64,000 nt of DNA, taken from NCBI RefSeq assembly GCF_963921235.1, contig NC_086108.1:76696001-76760000 (forward strand), in the 5' to 3' direction. Source of the DNA: Mobula hypostoma. Its lineage: Eukaryota. The position numbers were made by a program, and so were the translations under genes. The notes beneath the pieces are model-generated. The model had not been told where the DNA came from and did no database searches. It saw only the letters and a program-made list of their open reading frames with translations. Below are positions 48,565 through 60,798 of this stretch, piece by piece (within the stretch, counting starts at the first letter, position 1; each line of letters starts with the position of its first letter).

Positions 48565-48815
48565 TGGGGCACAACGCTTCCCAGTACCAGCAACTTGGGT
48601 TCAATTCCTGCCACTGCCTGTAAGAAGTTTGTATGTTCTCCCCGTGAGCACGTGGGTTTCCTCCGGGTGCTCCCATTTCCTCCCACAGTCCAAAGACGTG
48701 CCGATTGGTAGGTTATTTGGTCATTGTAAATTGTTAGGATTAACTTGGTACATTGCTGGGCGGTGTAGCTCGAAAAGTTGGAAGGACCTACTGTGTGCTG
48801 TATGTCAATTTTTAA
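48565..48815 (+). mobile_element. V-domain tRNA-SINE
   Basis: B-box gggttcaattcc; V-domain gtttgtatgttctccccgtg...gggtttcctccgggtgctcc...cccacagtccaaagacgtgc. Confidence 0.88.
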
Positions 48816-50119
48816 AAATATCAAATTTACCTAAGTTCAATAAAATCTTAAACATGCATAACTGTTAGCATCATTGATACTTAGAAGTCTAATCTTTCCA
48901 AATCTGATCTGCTTGTGTGTTTCATTCTGTTTTCTTGTCCCATCTCAAGCAACTTCTTTACCGATACAGCTTAATGCCTGTTATTCACTCTGGTGTTTAG
49001 GACATGTTTAGAAGACTAATTTTAATAGAAAATACCCCAGAATATATTCTCAGCCACCTGTGTTACTTAACTTGGGTCAAATACACAACCACAACAATGA
49101 TTATTATCTGGGTGAATATTTTCTTTGTAAGTTTTACATTAGCTTGAACATTCAATATTTGCTAGTAGTTGCAAAATCCATAAAGGAGTGTTTAGTAGTG
49201 CAAAATTCTCGTGGGAATGTATTTAAATCCCTAATCATACTGGCTTTTTTAGTGAGCACAGCTATGAGCATAGTCAGTCATCCAAGGATGAGGTCTGTGG
49301 TTAGAATAATATTTTCAGCCACAGATTAAAAAAAGGAGAAAGAGTCATGTTTGTTTATTCAGCTTTGGCTGAATTTTCTGTCCTGGAACCCCACAGAGCC
49401 TTGGTTCTAAATTTATTCCATGTGTGGCATGTTTACAAGTCGTATCCTGTTGACACTAGAAGTCTACACTTGAACATCCGGGCACTACCTCTCATCCTAA
49501 CTTATCTCAGATGCACTTGACATTAAACGGAAATTCTGGCATTCATGGGATTTCTGAACCGTGCTCTGAATTCTTTAATTTCAAGAACCAATTAGGTAGA
49601 TGTCCAAAGCCACCATTATCACTAGCCTACAGGAGAAAATATGAGTGAGGCAACTGTGTTTGCGGAACTGGACATGAATTAGGAAAGAAGCAAAGAATCT
49701 CTAATAACTTTTAAAATGGGATTGTTAACCTTTCTGATCTCGAATGCAGAATAGTTATTTATTTCAACACACTTACATCCAGACTTTATCCGTGTTTTCA
49801 AAAATATGGGCACTTAATATTTGTGCCATTCCTGAACAAAGTAGGGCCATGCTTTCATTTAATGTGACAGACCAAGTAAAATCCAGTGCCATCTTAGAAG
49901 CTGAACACCACAAATACAGTCCGGAATCAAATTACAGATGAGCAGTTAGTAGGAAGGAAAGTATAATCTTCATACAGGAGATATCTGTTTCATTGCTTCA
50001 AGCATGGGTATGCATGTCAAACAGAACTAAGCTGTGTCTGAAAGCACATGATCCTTCAGTGTCCATGCTGCTACACAGTTCAGGGGATAAATACTGATCA
50101 TGGTTAATTGCATTTTTTG

Positions 50120-50635
50120 AATCAAGTTCAGAAAGTTCAAAGTAAATTTATTATCAAGGAACATATAGGTCACCATATACTACCCTGAGATTCGTTTTCT
50201 TGTGGGCATACACAGTAAATCCAAGAAACATAATAGAATCAGTAAAAGAATGCACCAACTTGGGCATTCAACCAGTGCAAAAGACAACTGAGCAAATACA
50301 AAAAGAAAGAAAGAATAATAATAAATAAGCAATAAATATGAAGAACATTAATTGAAGAGTCCCTGAAATGAGTCCCTAGGTGTGGGAACAGTTCAGTGAC
50401 GTTGAATGAAGTTATCCCCACTGGTTCGAGAGCTTGATGGTTCGGGGGCAGTACTGTTCCTGAACTTGGCAGTGTGGGTCCCGAGGCTCCTGTGCCTTCT
50501 TCCTGATGGCTGTGGTGAGACGAGAGCATGAACTGAGTGGTGGTGATCCTTTATGATGAATGCAGCTTTGCTCTATGCGACAGTGCTCCATGTAGATGTG
50601 CTCATTGGTGGGGAGGGCTTTACCCATGGTGCACT
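50120..50635 (-). mobile_element. Rex/Babar 3' end
   Basis: TTGAAC-type tail and LPTNEHIYMEHC; 3'UTR matches 5560-5820. Confidence 0.85.
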
Positions 50636-51039
50636 GGAAATAGATCACATTGCAAATATAAAACAGGCACCCGAGGTCTGAAGATGCCCACATGCATGAT
50701 GGATGTTAGGGCTTTTCAGAAGACATCCAGTCATCAGCTCAAATCTGTAAATGCCTATTCAAGGCACCCATGCCATATTGGAGCTCCAGTTAGATTCTTT
50801 CAGATGTTCAGCAACCATTCCATTGGATCTTTAAGAAATCTACTGGATGGAGTCTTACTTAATGGAAGACAGGAAGAATGCACTGTTGTCAGGAAATACT
50901 TGCACTTTGGACCCTTCTGAGAATCTGTGAGTTGCCTGCCTCGGTGACCTGCACCTTGCCACCAGGAATCCAAATGACATCTGGTGAGAAGCAGCTGACT
51001 AATTTGCCTAGCTGTGCACTGCGGAATACCCAGCCCCTG

Positions 51040-51410
51040 ACATGACTTTTTTTAGTCGTGGCATTTATGTGGCTGCCCCAGTTAAGTTAAGGCTAATGAT
51101 AACCACCATCTTCCCATCCCAATCAGTTTCCTGCTATTGACTATCAAGTCTATGTGTTTAGACTCTGTCTTGTTGAAGCCGGTTGTTGTCTGATGCTAAT
51201 GTGCACTGAATGCCACTTGTTATTTATCAGTTTAATCCTGGCTGTTGCCCAGATCTCATTATTTACAAGCACAGCTTTCTTCATTACCAAAGGATTTGCA
51301 GATAGGACTGAATACTGCAGTCATCACTGAATATTTTTATTTGCTTTCTTATGACAGAAGGGTGGTCATTGGTAAGGCTGATGAAGATGGTAGGGCCTAG
51401 GACATTCCAG
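51040..51410 (-). mobile_element. Degraded CR1/L2-superfamily RT remnant
   Basis: gtcatcactgaa at ~51320 gives FSDD on the minus strand; gggcctaggacatt gives VLGP. Confidence 0.55.
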
Positions 51411-53170
51411 CCATCACCTCCTCCCTAGAATGTTCTTTGCAGGATTTTCTCAGGTTAATATCCTAGCATCATCTGAATGGGAGTCACAGAGAAAACTGTC
51501 TATTAAGGAGAGTTATACTTCGCCTGAACTAAATTGTTCGTGATTGTTTCTAATGCCATTTAAAAGGTGCTTCGGTATGAATAGTATTCACTTTCACCTC
51601 ATCTCTGGATTCACTCTTTACAAACCAAAGCTGTAAGGTTGGGGATCTCATGAAGCTAAGATGGTTTACTTATTCACCACTTCTGCTTCAGATCAGTTAT
51701 CATGTTTTGGCTGAGTTTTGTTAGCTTACACGCTGAGCTTGATATTCTCGAAGGCTTCTCCTACCAGTTCTTGTTTGGTTGTCCACAGCATTTACATTGC
51801 ATGTGACAGGACTGTCATCCTGTGATCCAGTCGACTCATCAAGGGGGTTAAGTGACACTGTGTAAAACAAGTTGCTGCAGTTTGTGCTGTGTTTTAACTG
51901 AAAACTTTTGCAGTGAAAATTTGAGAAAAAGAGATAAAGGAGTTTCCCATTAAAATGATCAATTTTACCACCATTACCCCTTTCTAAAATACGACATGAT
52001 AATTTGCATGCTTTGACCCTAATCTTTTGTACTGTAGATTGTAACCTTAAATAACATATATAATTTCTTCTCTGTGTGCTAGGAGGAATAGTTGCAGAGA
52101 AAATTATGTTAAGCTGCTCTCCTGTGTTTTTATTATTGAGAGCATTCATAAATCGCTGGATCAAATATCTTAATCCTTTAACAAAGGACAATAGAGTGGA
52201 TAACATAAACAAGATAAAAATGTTAATAGTTTGCATATGTATTACAGCAGCCTTCTGAAAAGGAGATTCCCCAAGATGTGATGCAAATTTTTTTGTGATA
52301 TGCTTTATGCTTTAAGTTATTAAAAAAACAAATAAAACTCTACCATTGATGGTTACAGCTGCTATGAAAGGATACATAATAATCTGTGTCAGTATGTGGG
52401 AAATTTTGATTTACAGCAGACATAACTAACAGGGGACAATGGTTTCCGAGGCTTTAACGGCTGAAGTTCAGAGGAAATAGTGGCATGCTTTTGAAGTATT
52501 TGGAAGGTATGTTGCATAACCAACTTCCATTTTAGTGTTTGCATTTGAACTGTAAAACTAAACTTTGGCAGGAGATACAAACTCTCAACATGTCTAGTGA
52601 ATGGAGTCACAGTACAATAGTAGTTTCCATAAAGTTTTTGTTAGCCACAGCACCGTTGGTTTGACTGATGCTCAACTTGTTCAAAAGACTATTCAAAGGT
52701 GCTACCCATATTGTTTTGGCTGTGCACTGGTTTATCACATAACCACAATAATATGGGAGAGTGACTAGGTACCCACCAATTTATTATTGAATCCAGTTCA
52801 TATCTGTGCCGTACACCGACTTCGATTATCTCCTTATTTATGCTGTCTCAAACACTTCCCTGGAACATGACTTAATCATATTCAAACACCTCATTCTTTG
52901 TTCATACATAGATTGTGTTATCAATTTAGCCCCACAGTTTCATGTACCATATTTTGTTTTCTTTTTCTAAATCTGAAAGTCTTTTGCCCCATTCTCCAGT
53001 TTTATAATAACCGTACAATGTGTTTATTTAGAATGTGTCTTTTTAAGACGTAAAGGCGATAGAGGTGACCAATCCATTTTTAAATGGTGCAAACAGTCCT
53101 CTCTGGGACTTTTCCTATGATTGAAAGAGGATAACACAATGATGTGTGTCAAAACCCAGCAATCTCCACT

Positions 53171-53303
53171 TCTGCTGAAAGGTTTTGGCCCGAAACGTCG
53201 ACTGTACTATTTTCCATAGACGCTGCCTGGCCTGCTGAGTTCCTCTGGCATTTTGTGTGTGTTGCTCCGATTTCCAGCATCTGCAGATTTTCTCTTGTTT
53301 GTG
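53171..53303 (+). mobile_element. PLE pLTR fragment starting at the hammerhead core, with tail and TSD
   Basis: ctgctgaaaggttttggcccgaaacgtcgactg followed by the tail; AATCTCCACT at 53161-53170 and 53309-53318. Confidence 0.9.
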
Positions 53304-53788
53304 ACTTGAATCTCCACTCCTGGTTTTCTCAATAATATGGGATCGATCTCATCAGGCCTGGAGACTTAACCACTTTAATGTTCTTCAGGAGCACCAATGC
53401 CTTCTTCTTCTTCTTGATGTCAGCATACCCTAGAATGATCTTCCTGACCTTCATGTCCTTTTTCTTAGTAAATTTCAAAGCAATACCTTGCCTCCTTCCT
53501 CTGGCTCCAGGCATAAATACTCTCTTATGTCTTTGAATGGTCAAACCCTTTTGTTTTTAATGTGTGTGAACACCATGAATCCAGGCCATTATTTGAAATC
53601 CAGGCCATTATTTCATAATAACAAACTTGACATAGGCCACATACACCATCAGAGCTACAGCAAAGAGTTTGGGTCATAAAATGATAGTAATACCGAAGGA
53701 GGCCATTTAACCCATGAGAAGCCATGCCAGCTGTTTATGGAGCACCCCAATATGTCTCTTCACCCTTCTCTACCTCCATGGCCTAGAT

Positions 53789-54294
53789 CAGGGGTTCCAA
53801 ACCATTTTTGTGCCATGGACTAATACCATTGTCGTGGCTATCCCTCGAGGTCGAGGATGATGTTCTTTGTTCTGAAGAAGTGGCCCACAGAGCGAAGACG
53901 CCTGTGCGTGTATTTCTTTAATGTGTACTTGATGTTGCACTCCAAGAAGCACATGATACTTCACAAATCAACCAACTGATTCCAATGACATGGAAACCAC
54001 GACGATTGGAGCTGATGGATTTGTTGCAGCCTTCATCCGCTTTCACAGCTGTTGAGTTCGAAGTAACTTCATCCGCCTGTTCCACCGTTGAGGTCTTGGT
54101 TGGATTGTTCTTTGTCTGGGACCTCACGCTCGACCTTACCGCCATGGGTGACCCTACCAAGAGCAGCTCCAGATGGCATTGCTCTCGGAATCACAGGATC
54201 ACACAAGCTTCTCCACCGCGACAAGGTGACAATCCACGGAGAAGACCAGTACCATTAAGCAAGAAGTCTGTAGACTCCCAGTTGGGAACCATTG
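53789..54294. mobile_element. hAT/Charlie-type MITE split by an RTE derivative
   Basis: Termini CAGGGGTTCCAAACC and GTTGGGAACCATTG; left target GCCTAGAT. Confidence 0.72.
53831..54243 (-). mobile_element. Non-autonomous RTE-related element (RTE-type 5'UTR) with 13-bp TSD
   Basis: Minus-strand 5' end ccttgtcgcggtggagaagcttgtgtg...ggtagggtcacccatggcgg. Flanks are GACTAATACCATT (53818-53830) and GACCAGTACCATT (54244-54256). Confidence 0.78.
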
Positions 54295-55344
54295 GCTGAG
54301 AGGATTTATTTTCTCAATTTCCTTTCAAAATCATTCATTGTTTCTGTTTCCATCATATTTCTGGCAGCAAGTTCCAGGTCATTACCAGTCACTGTGTAAA
54401 GAAGTCCTTTCCCAGACACTCATAATATTTCTACTTTGTTTGTTGAACCAATTCAAGACAAGCTGAAATCTGCAAAATATCATTGTTCAACTGGCTGCCT
54501 TGCCGTATCAACAGAATGTCAACATTGGCCAGTTCCAATTAAAACACAATGTTGTTTCCATTGGACTAGTTGATTTGTGCATTGTGCTTTATTTGCATTG
54601 CAAACTAAAGACCATCAGTCAATGGTACATTATAAATTACAGCACCTAGCTATGTGCAAAAAGGGATCTGTTATGATTTCAATAAGTACCTCTGTCCTTC
54701 CCTTGGACTGTTGAGTGGTACAAGATTTTCTGCCGTTTGCACAAGATGATTCATTGACCCGTGATTTTAAATGCTAAATTGTCGTGAATCTACACATCGC
54801 TGGAAGCTGCTGACTGAAATGGTTAACCTCTCCTGCCATTAGGGAGCTGTCAGTGTTAACAACCCTTCTTTTCAAGATGAGCTGTGTTATGCTTATTTCA
54901 TGATAAAAAACCAACGTGCATTGCAAAGCTGGGAGCACTTGATACAACAACTGATAACCGCCACAGCCCATTGTAGTGCCTGAGAACTGTTATCATATAC
55001 CTCTTGATTCCTGTTTTCATCCACTGTTTGGGAATTAGTAAACCACTCAAATACATTTCATGTCAAAGTCATTTTTATCAGGAAACTGTGGTAAGGCTAA
55101 CCTCACACAGTATTTCATGAGAGTACTACCTTGTGGGAGTGAACATGTCTGCAGGGATAAACAGAAGTTAGTTCGTGACATGTTGTAGAATCTTAGATTT
55201 AAGTGCAGGAATAGGTAAAGCAGTAATTAAAATATTTAAAAATTTCATCCACTTTTTTAGGTTATTTCCTCTTTGTATTTATATTATACTTCCTTTGAGA
55301 CATAACATGAATCTTTGCTCAGATGAGATAAGTAACAGCTTGCT

Positions 55345-57210
55345 CATAGACCATAACACCATAGGACGTAGGAGCAGAATTAAGCCACTCGGCCCATTGA
55401 GTCTGCTTCGCCATTCCATCATGGGCAATTTGCTATCCCTCTCAACCCCATTCTCCTACTTTCTCCCTGTAACCTTCGAGGCCCTGACTAATCAAGAACC
55501 TATCAAACTCCGCTTTACATTCAATAACTTGGCCTTCACAGCCATCTGTGGTATTGAATTCCACAGATTCACCAACCTCTGGCGAAAGAAATTCCTCCTC
55601 ATCTAAATGGACATCCCTCTATTCTGAGGCTGTGCCTTCTGGTCCTACACTCACCTACTACAGGAAACATCATATCCACATCCAGGTCTTTCAATATTCG
55701 GTAGGTTTCAATGAGCTTCCCCCCTTATTTTTCTAAACTCCAGCAAATACACACCCAGAGTCATCAAATGCTCCTCATATGTTAACCCTTTCATTCCTGG
55801 GATTATTCACGTCAACCTCCTCTGGACTCTCTCCAATGCCAGCACGTCTTCTCTTGGATATGGGACGCAAAACGGCTCTCAATCCTCCAAGTGCGATTTG
55901 ACCAACACCTTATAAAGCCTCAGCATCACATCCTTGCTCTTATATTCTCATCCTCTCGAAATGAATGATAATGTTAGATTTGTCTTCCTTAGCACTGACT
56001 CAACCTGCAAGTTAACCTTCAGTGAATCCTGCACGAGGACACCCAAGTCCCTTTCTCTGATTTTTAATTTTCTCCCCCTTCAGAAAATAGCCTATGCCTT
56101 TATTCCTTCTACCAAGGTGCATGAACATACACTTCCCCACAAAGCCATCATTCCATCATCCAAATCATTGACACATTAAGTTCCCAATACCAGCTCCTGC
56201 AGAACACCATGAGTCATCAGCAGCCAACCAGAATAGGGCCACTTTATTCCCACTCTTTACCTCCAGCCAGTCAGCCTTCTAAAAATCAAAGTAAACAACA
56301 TCCACTAACTCTCCTTTGTCTATCCTGACTGTTACTTCCTCAAAGAATTCCAACAGATTTGTCAGGCAAGATTTCTCCTTTAGGAAACCTGACTCTGACC
56401 TGCTTTATCATGCGCCTTCAAGTATCCTGAAACCTCATCCTTAGTAATGGACTCCAAATTCTTCCCAAAAGAAGTCAGACTTTCTTTTGCTTCCCTCCAT
56501 TCTTAAAAAGTGGAGTGACATTTGCAATTTTTCTGTCCTCCAGAACTGTTCCAGATTCTACTGATTCTTAACGATCATTACTAATGCTTTCACAATCTCT
56601 TCTGCTACTTCTTTCAGAACCCTGGGGCGTAGCTCATCTTGTCCAGGTGACTTACCCACCTTCAGACGTTTCAGCTTCCCAAGCACCTTCTCCTTAGTAA
56701 TAGCAACTACTCTCACTTCTGCCCCAGACACTCTCAAATTTCTGGCATACTGGTAGTGTCTTCCATAGTGAAGATGTACATAAAGTACTGATTAAGTTCA
56801 TCTGTATTTCTTTATCTCCCATTAATAGCTCTCCAGTGTCATTTTCCAGCAGTACAATATCCACACTCACCTCTCTTTTACTCTTCATAAGTCCAGAAAT
56901 ACTTTTGGTATCCCCTTTTATATTATTGGCTAGCTTCATATTCCATCTTTTCTCTCCTTATGTTTTTTTTAAGTTGCCTTCCTACGGTTTTTAAAAGCTT
57001 TCCCATCCTCTAATTTCCCACTAATATTTGCAATATTATATGCCTTTTCTTATGCTTTTTGCTGTCTTTGACTTCTTTGTCAGGCATAGTTGTGTCATCC
57101 TTTCTTTAGAATACTTCGTCATTTTTGGGATGTATTTGTTCTGCTCCTTCCAAATTGCCCTAGAAACTCCAGCCACTGCTGTTTTGCCATCATCCTTGAT
57201 AGTATCCCCT
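55345..57210 (-). mobile_element. CR1 LINE ORF2 3' ~1.9 kb with internal deletions and frameshifts
   Basis: Tail ccataacaccatag; reverse-complement similarity to 38400-39015; KLANNIKGDTKS...MKSKRE...LLENDTGEL. Confidence 0.9.
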
Positions 57211-59189
57211 TGCAGTAGGCTTATGCTATTGCGAAAAAAATACCCAATCAATATAAAATGGAGAAGGAGCAAAGGTAATCTGATTTCTGCTTCCCACAAC
57301 CATCCCAGTCCTTCTCCAACTTCCTCCCTACCACTTTACGTGTGTTTGACGCTCACTCAGCAAATTCCTAACACATCAATTGGGACATGAGCACTCATTA
57401 CATGCAAACATAACTTAGCATCTTCTGGCTTGAATTTCATTTTTGTATTTTGTTCATGCTTATGATTATTGTCGAACGTTTTGAGTCAGGTCATGCTGGC
57501 GGAATAAGAGCTGACAAGAGAAATCTCAGTCTTCTCCAAGAAGGTGGGAGCATACACAGTTGTGTCAACCCCTAAAATCTCAGTTGCGTAGGTTTCTTAA
57601 TAGAATCACATCATAGATATTTATAGCACAGAAAGAGGCCACATGTTGATGGCCTCCTCAAAACTCTTGCAGCACAAGTTAGGCTTCAGGTTCAGATTAA
57701 TTGGAATCTGAGTGGCCTGCCCAAAACATTTGCAGCAGAGGTCTGGGTGCACGTTGCTTTATACTTCCTTCCAGAGAGAGGGTCATAGAAAGGAAAAGAA
57801 AATAGTTGGAGGAATGAAAAATTAAATTGCACTGAATCTGGCTGCAACATATTCTAACCAGAACCAAATGGAAATTGGTGCTTAAGTGTGACTAGAATGG
57901 TTAGCTAAATTACTTTCAGCACCAAATTACCAGACAGATATGTATTTTCTGAGATATCCTTGTTTTATTGTGATCCAGAAAAATACAGCAGCAATTACAA
58001 AGAATCAACAAATGCTTATTGCTTTGTCAACCCAGATCAGCCTGATATCCTGTTAGTACTTTGTTGTCCTACATGAAAGCAGCCTAAGTACTTGTTGAGT
58101 GCCAATAAAGAATGCTGCAGACATGAAAGGAAAGGAACTATACCACAGTTTAAGAAAATGCTGTGCAAGATAAAACCAAAGTAGCTGTCATTTATTTAAG
58201 ACCTTGTTTTGTTGCTCGATGCTATTTTTATTTGAGTTGCTATAAGTATTTTTGAGAACTGTCCCAGTACTTTAAGGGTTAATCATAAACAGTTCACTGA
58301 ATGAACCAGGGTGACAGGACAGTGGGTGACTCTTACCAGTTAATAACATTATGGTTTAAAAGCAAGTCATTCATCATTATGAAGTTTGTTTATCCAGTAG
58401 TAATGTTGGATAGTACCAGGCATAAGTTAATTTGATGAATTGTAGTTGTCAAGGTAGGCTGGTAGAGCAACTATCTGAGCCTAAAAGTAGCTTTCCTCAA
58501 TCCAGGCGATGTAAGTCATGGCTATTTTTTCAAGAGCTGTGACAGGAAAGGTATTAAAACTGTAGGTTTTACTGTTGGCTTTCTCCACCCGAGCGCTTTA
58601 TATGACAAGGGTAACTTTTTATCTTATAGGAAATTATTAACCTTCTGAATCTAAATGCTGTCTCAACATTCAGTTCCTGAAGAGGATGCAATTAAAGATA
58701 CGAGACTGGGAATTCCTGTTCACACTCAAATCAGGAGCAAACATTGCGATACGAGCTTTTCCATTCACTGCACTCCCTGAGTTATTCGCCCTCCAATGTG
58801 TAGAATTAGCATATTTTATCTATTCATTGTGAATTCTTGATCATCTAACGAACTGCATAATTGAGTGCTTACATGTGGGTAATGGCTGAAGCTCATTTAA
58901 AGGGCTTCACCAGCCTCTTAAATATCCACAAAATCACCTGGAAGACAAGGGAAGCTTTTGGAGCTGCAGAATGTTTGGGCAACAGAGGCTTCTGCACACA
59001 GTTTACAGACGCTGAGGTAGAACATGCAGCAGGAAATGAGAGAAAGGGGAACGGGGGTGGGAGGGATCTATGTTCTTTATCCTTCAAGGGGTGTCTCCAC
59101 AGAAGTAGTTGGTTGAACAATCTTGGCAGTAAATTCACTGATAAAATAAACAGTACCCCAAACATCTGAAGAACTGCTTCAGAAGGTAC

Positions 59190-59745
59190 AATAAGGTGGA
59201 GGGTGGCAAATGGAGGCTGCCAGGACAAGCCAGGGAATTACAGGCCAGTGAGCCTGACATCAGTGGTGGGGAAAGCTGCTGAAAATTACTGGAACAGGAT
59301 CTACCTTCATTTGGAAGGGCAAGGACTGATTAGGGGTAGTCAGTATAACATTATGCATTGAAAATCGTGTCTCCTGGATTTTAGCTTTTTGAAGAGGAGG
59401 CCAAGAGGATTGATGAGGGCAGGACAGTAGAAGTTGCCTACATGGACTTCATCAAGGCCTTTGAGAAGATCAGTCATGGTCCAGAAGGTGCGATCACATA
59501 GGATCCACAGTGAGTTAGCTAATAGGATTGGTTGAAGGAATCAAAGGGTGGTAGTAGAGGGCTATCTGAGAGGAATCCTGTCAGTAATGTTATGCTGCAG
59601 AGATTGGTGCTGGGACCCCTGTTTGTCATATGCATTAATGATTTGGATGAAACTGTAAGTGGCATGATTAATAATTTTGTGGATGGCACTAAAATTGGTG
59701 GTACAGTGGACAGTGAAGAAGTTGTCTCAGGTTATAACAGGATCT
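59190..59745 (+). mobile_element. CR1 RT fragment
   Basis: DKPGNYRPVSLTSVVGK, YMDFIKAFEK, LGPLFVICINDLD and FVDGTKIGGTVDSEE. Confidence 0.92.
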
Positions 59746-59749
59746 AGAT

Positions 59750-59802
59750 AAGGGGTTCTGCATGGACCAAAGGGTCCATGAACCCCGGATTGGGAACCCC
59801 TG
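59750..59802. mobile_element. 53-bp hAT/Charlie-type MITE with 8-bp TSD
   Basis: (A)AGGGGTT...AACCCCTG flanked by ATCTAGAT at 59742-59749 and 59803-59810; internal hairpin CATGGACC/GGTCCATG. Confidence 0.85.
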
Positions 59803-60669
59803 ATCTAGATCACCAGGCTGGAGCTGGAGACATCCTCAACATCCACCAACTTGCCATCTCTGTGGAACAAGACAACTCACAGTCTCTATTCTAAAAGAGT
59901 AGAAACGACGAAGAAAGCAAAAGGCAGAGCCAGCACATGGCTTTGCTTGGCTTGTGGATTTCCTCTGAGTGTTATGTGCCATTGCTCTGAGGGTGCTGCA
60001 TATTATTTTGAATCCAAATGATGGTTACTGGTTGACAAATACCTTCTAGCTTTTGGGCTGCCTCCTTGCAGACAAGATCATGCTGTCACTCAGAATGCCA
60101 CAGAAGAAACTGATGACTTTTTCAAAGGAAATTCTGCTTGGGTTGCTCTATAAAACTATTGTACTATTCTCCAGAGCAACTCTTGAACCATAACACACCT
60201 CTTCTTCAGACTTTCGCCATCTCAAACTATCAACTTATGCAGTCAGTCCCAAGATTGGGCCTCCCTGTTGAGATACTATTTAATGTAACTGCATGGTGAA
60301 TGGTGACTGGATGCTGTAATCAAGTTACTGAGCAGAGTTTGCCTGTTTCTTGTCCTGGATAAAACAGGGGTGCTAGTTAATCATAACAGATCTTCTTGCC
60401 AGTTTACCAGTGCTTCTGAGCACATGGCCAGATCTCCTGCGGTACACGGAATCTGTCTCTGTACTCTTCAAGATAATAGAGGAGAGCTGATAGCTTAAAC
60501 TATCAAGGCACCTCATTCATAATAGAACTTAACGTTATGCAAGGTAACATTTCTTATCAAGGTTTTTCCTCTCTACAGAACAAGACAGCCTGTGCAATGA
60601 AGTATGTAGCAGTTCACAACACAGCAGGGCATGTGGCACAATTCTTAAAGTGGTACTAAATAAAAAATA

Positions 60670-60754
60670 CAACAAGAGAAAATCTGCAGATGCTGGAAAT
60701 CCAAGCAACACTCACATGCATATGCACGCACATGTACATGCACACGCGTGCACG

Positions 60755-60798
<44 letters not shown>

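Larger units (their letters stand above)
53675..54420 (-). mobile_element. Old CR1 3' fragment hosting nested insertions
   Basis: gaaggaggccatttaaccc on the left; ctggcagcaagttccaggtcattacc.gtcactgtgtaaa on the right. Confidence 0.6.

Noticed and set aside
51721..52236. 171-aa minus-strand ORF in unique sequence
   Set aside because: AT-rich, no recognisable domain or supporting splice structure; compatible with chance.
53578..53613. 17-bp direct repeat AATCCAGGCCATTATTT, two copies
   Set aside because: Simple local tandem duplication with no further structure.
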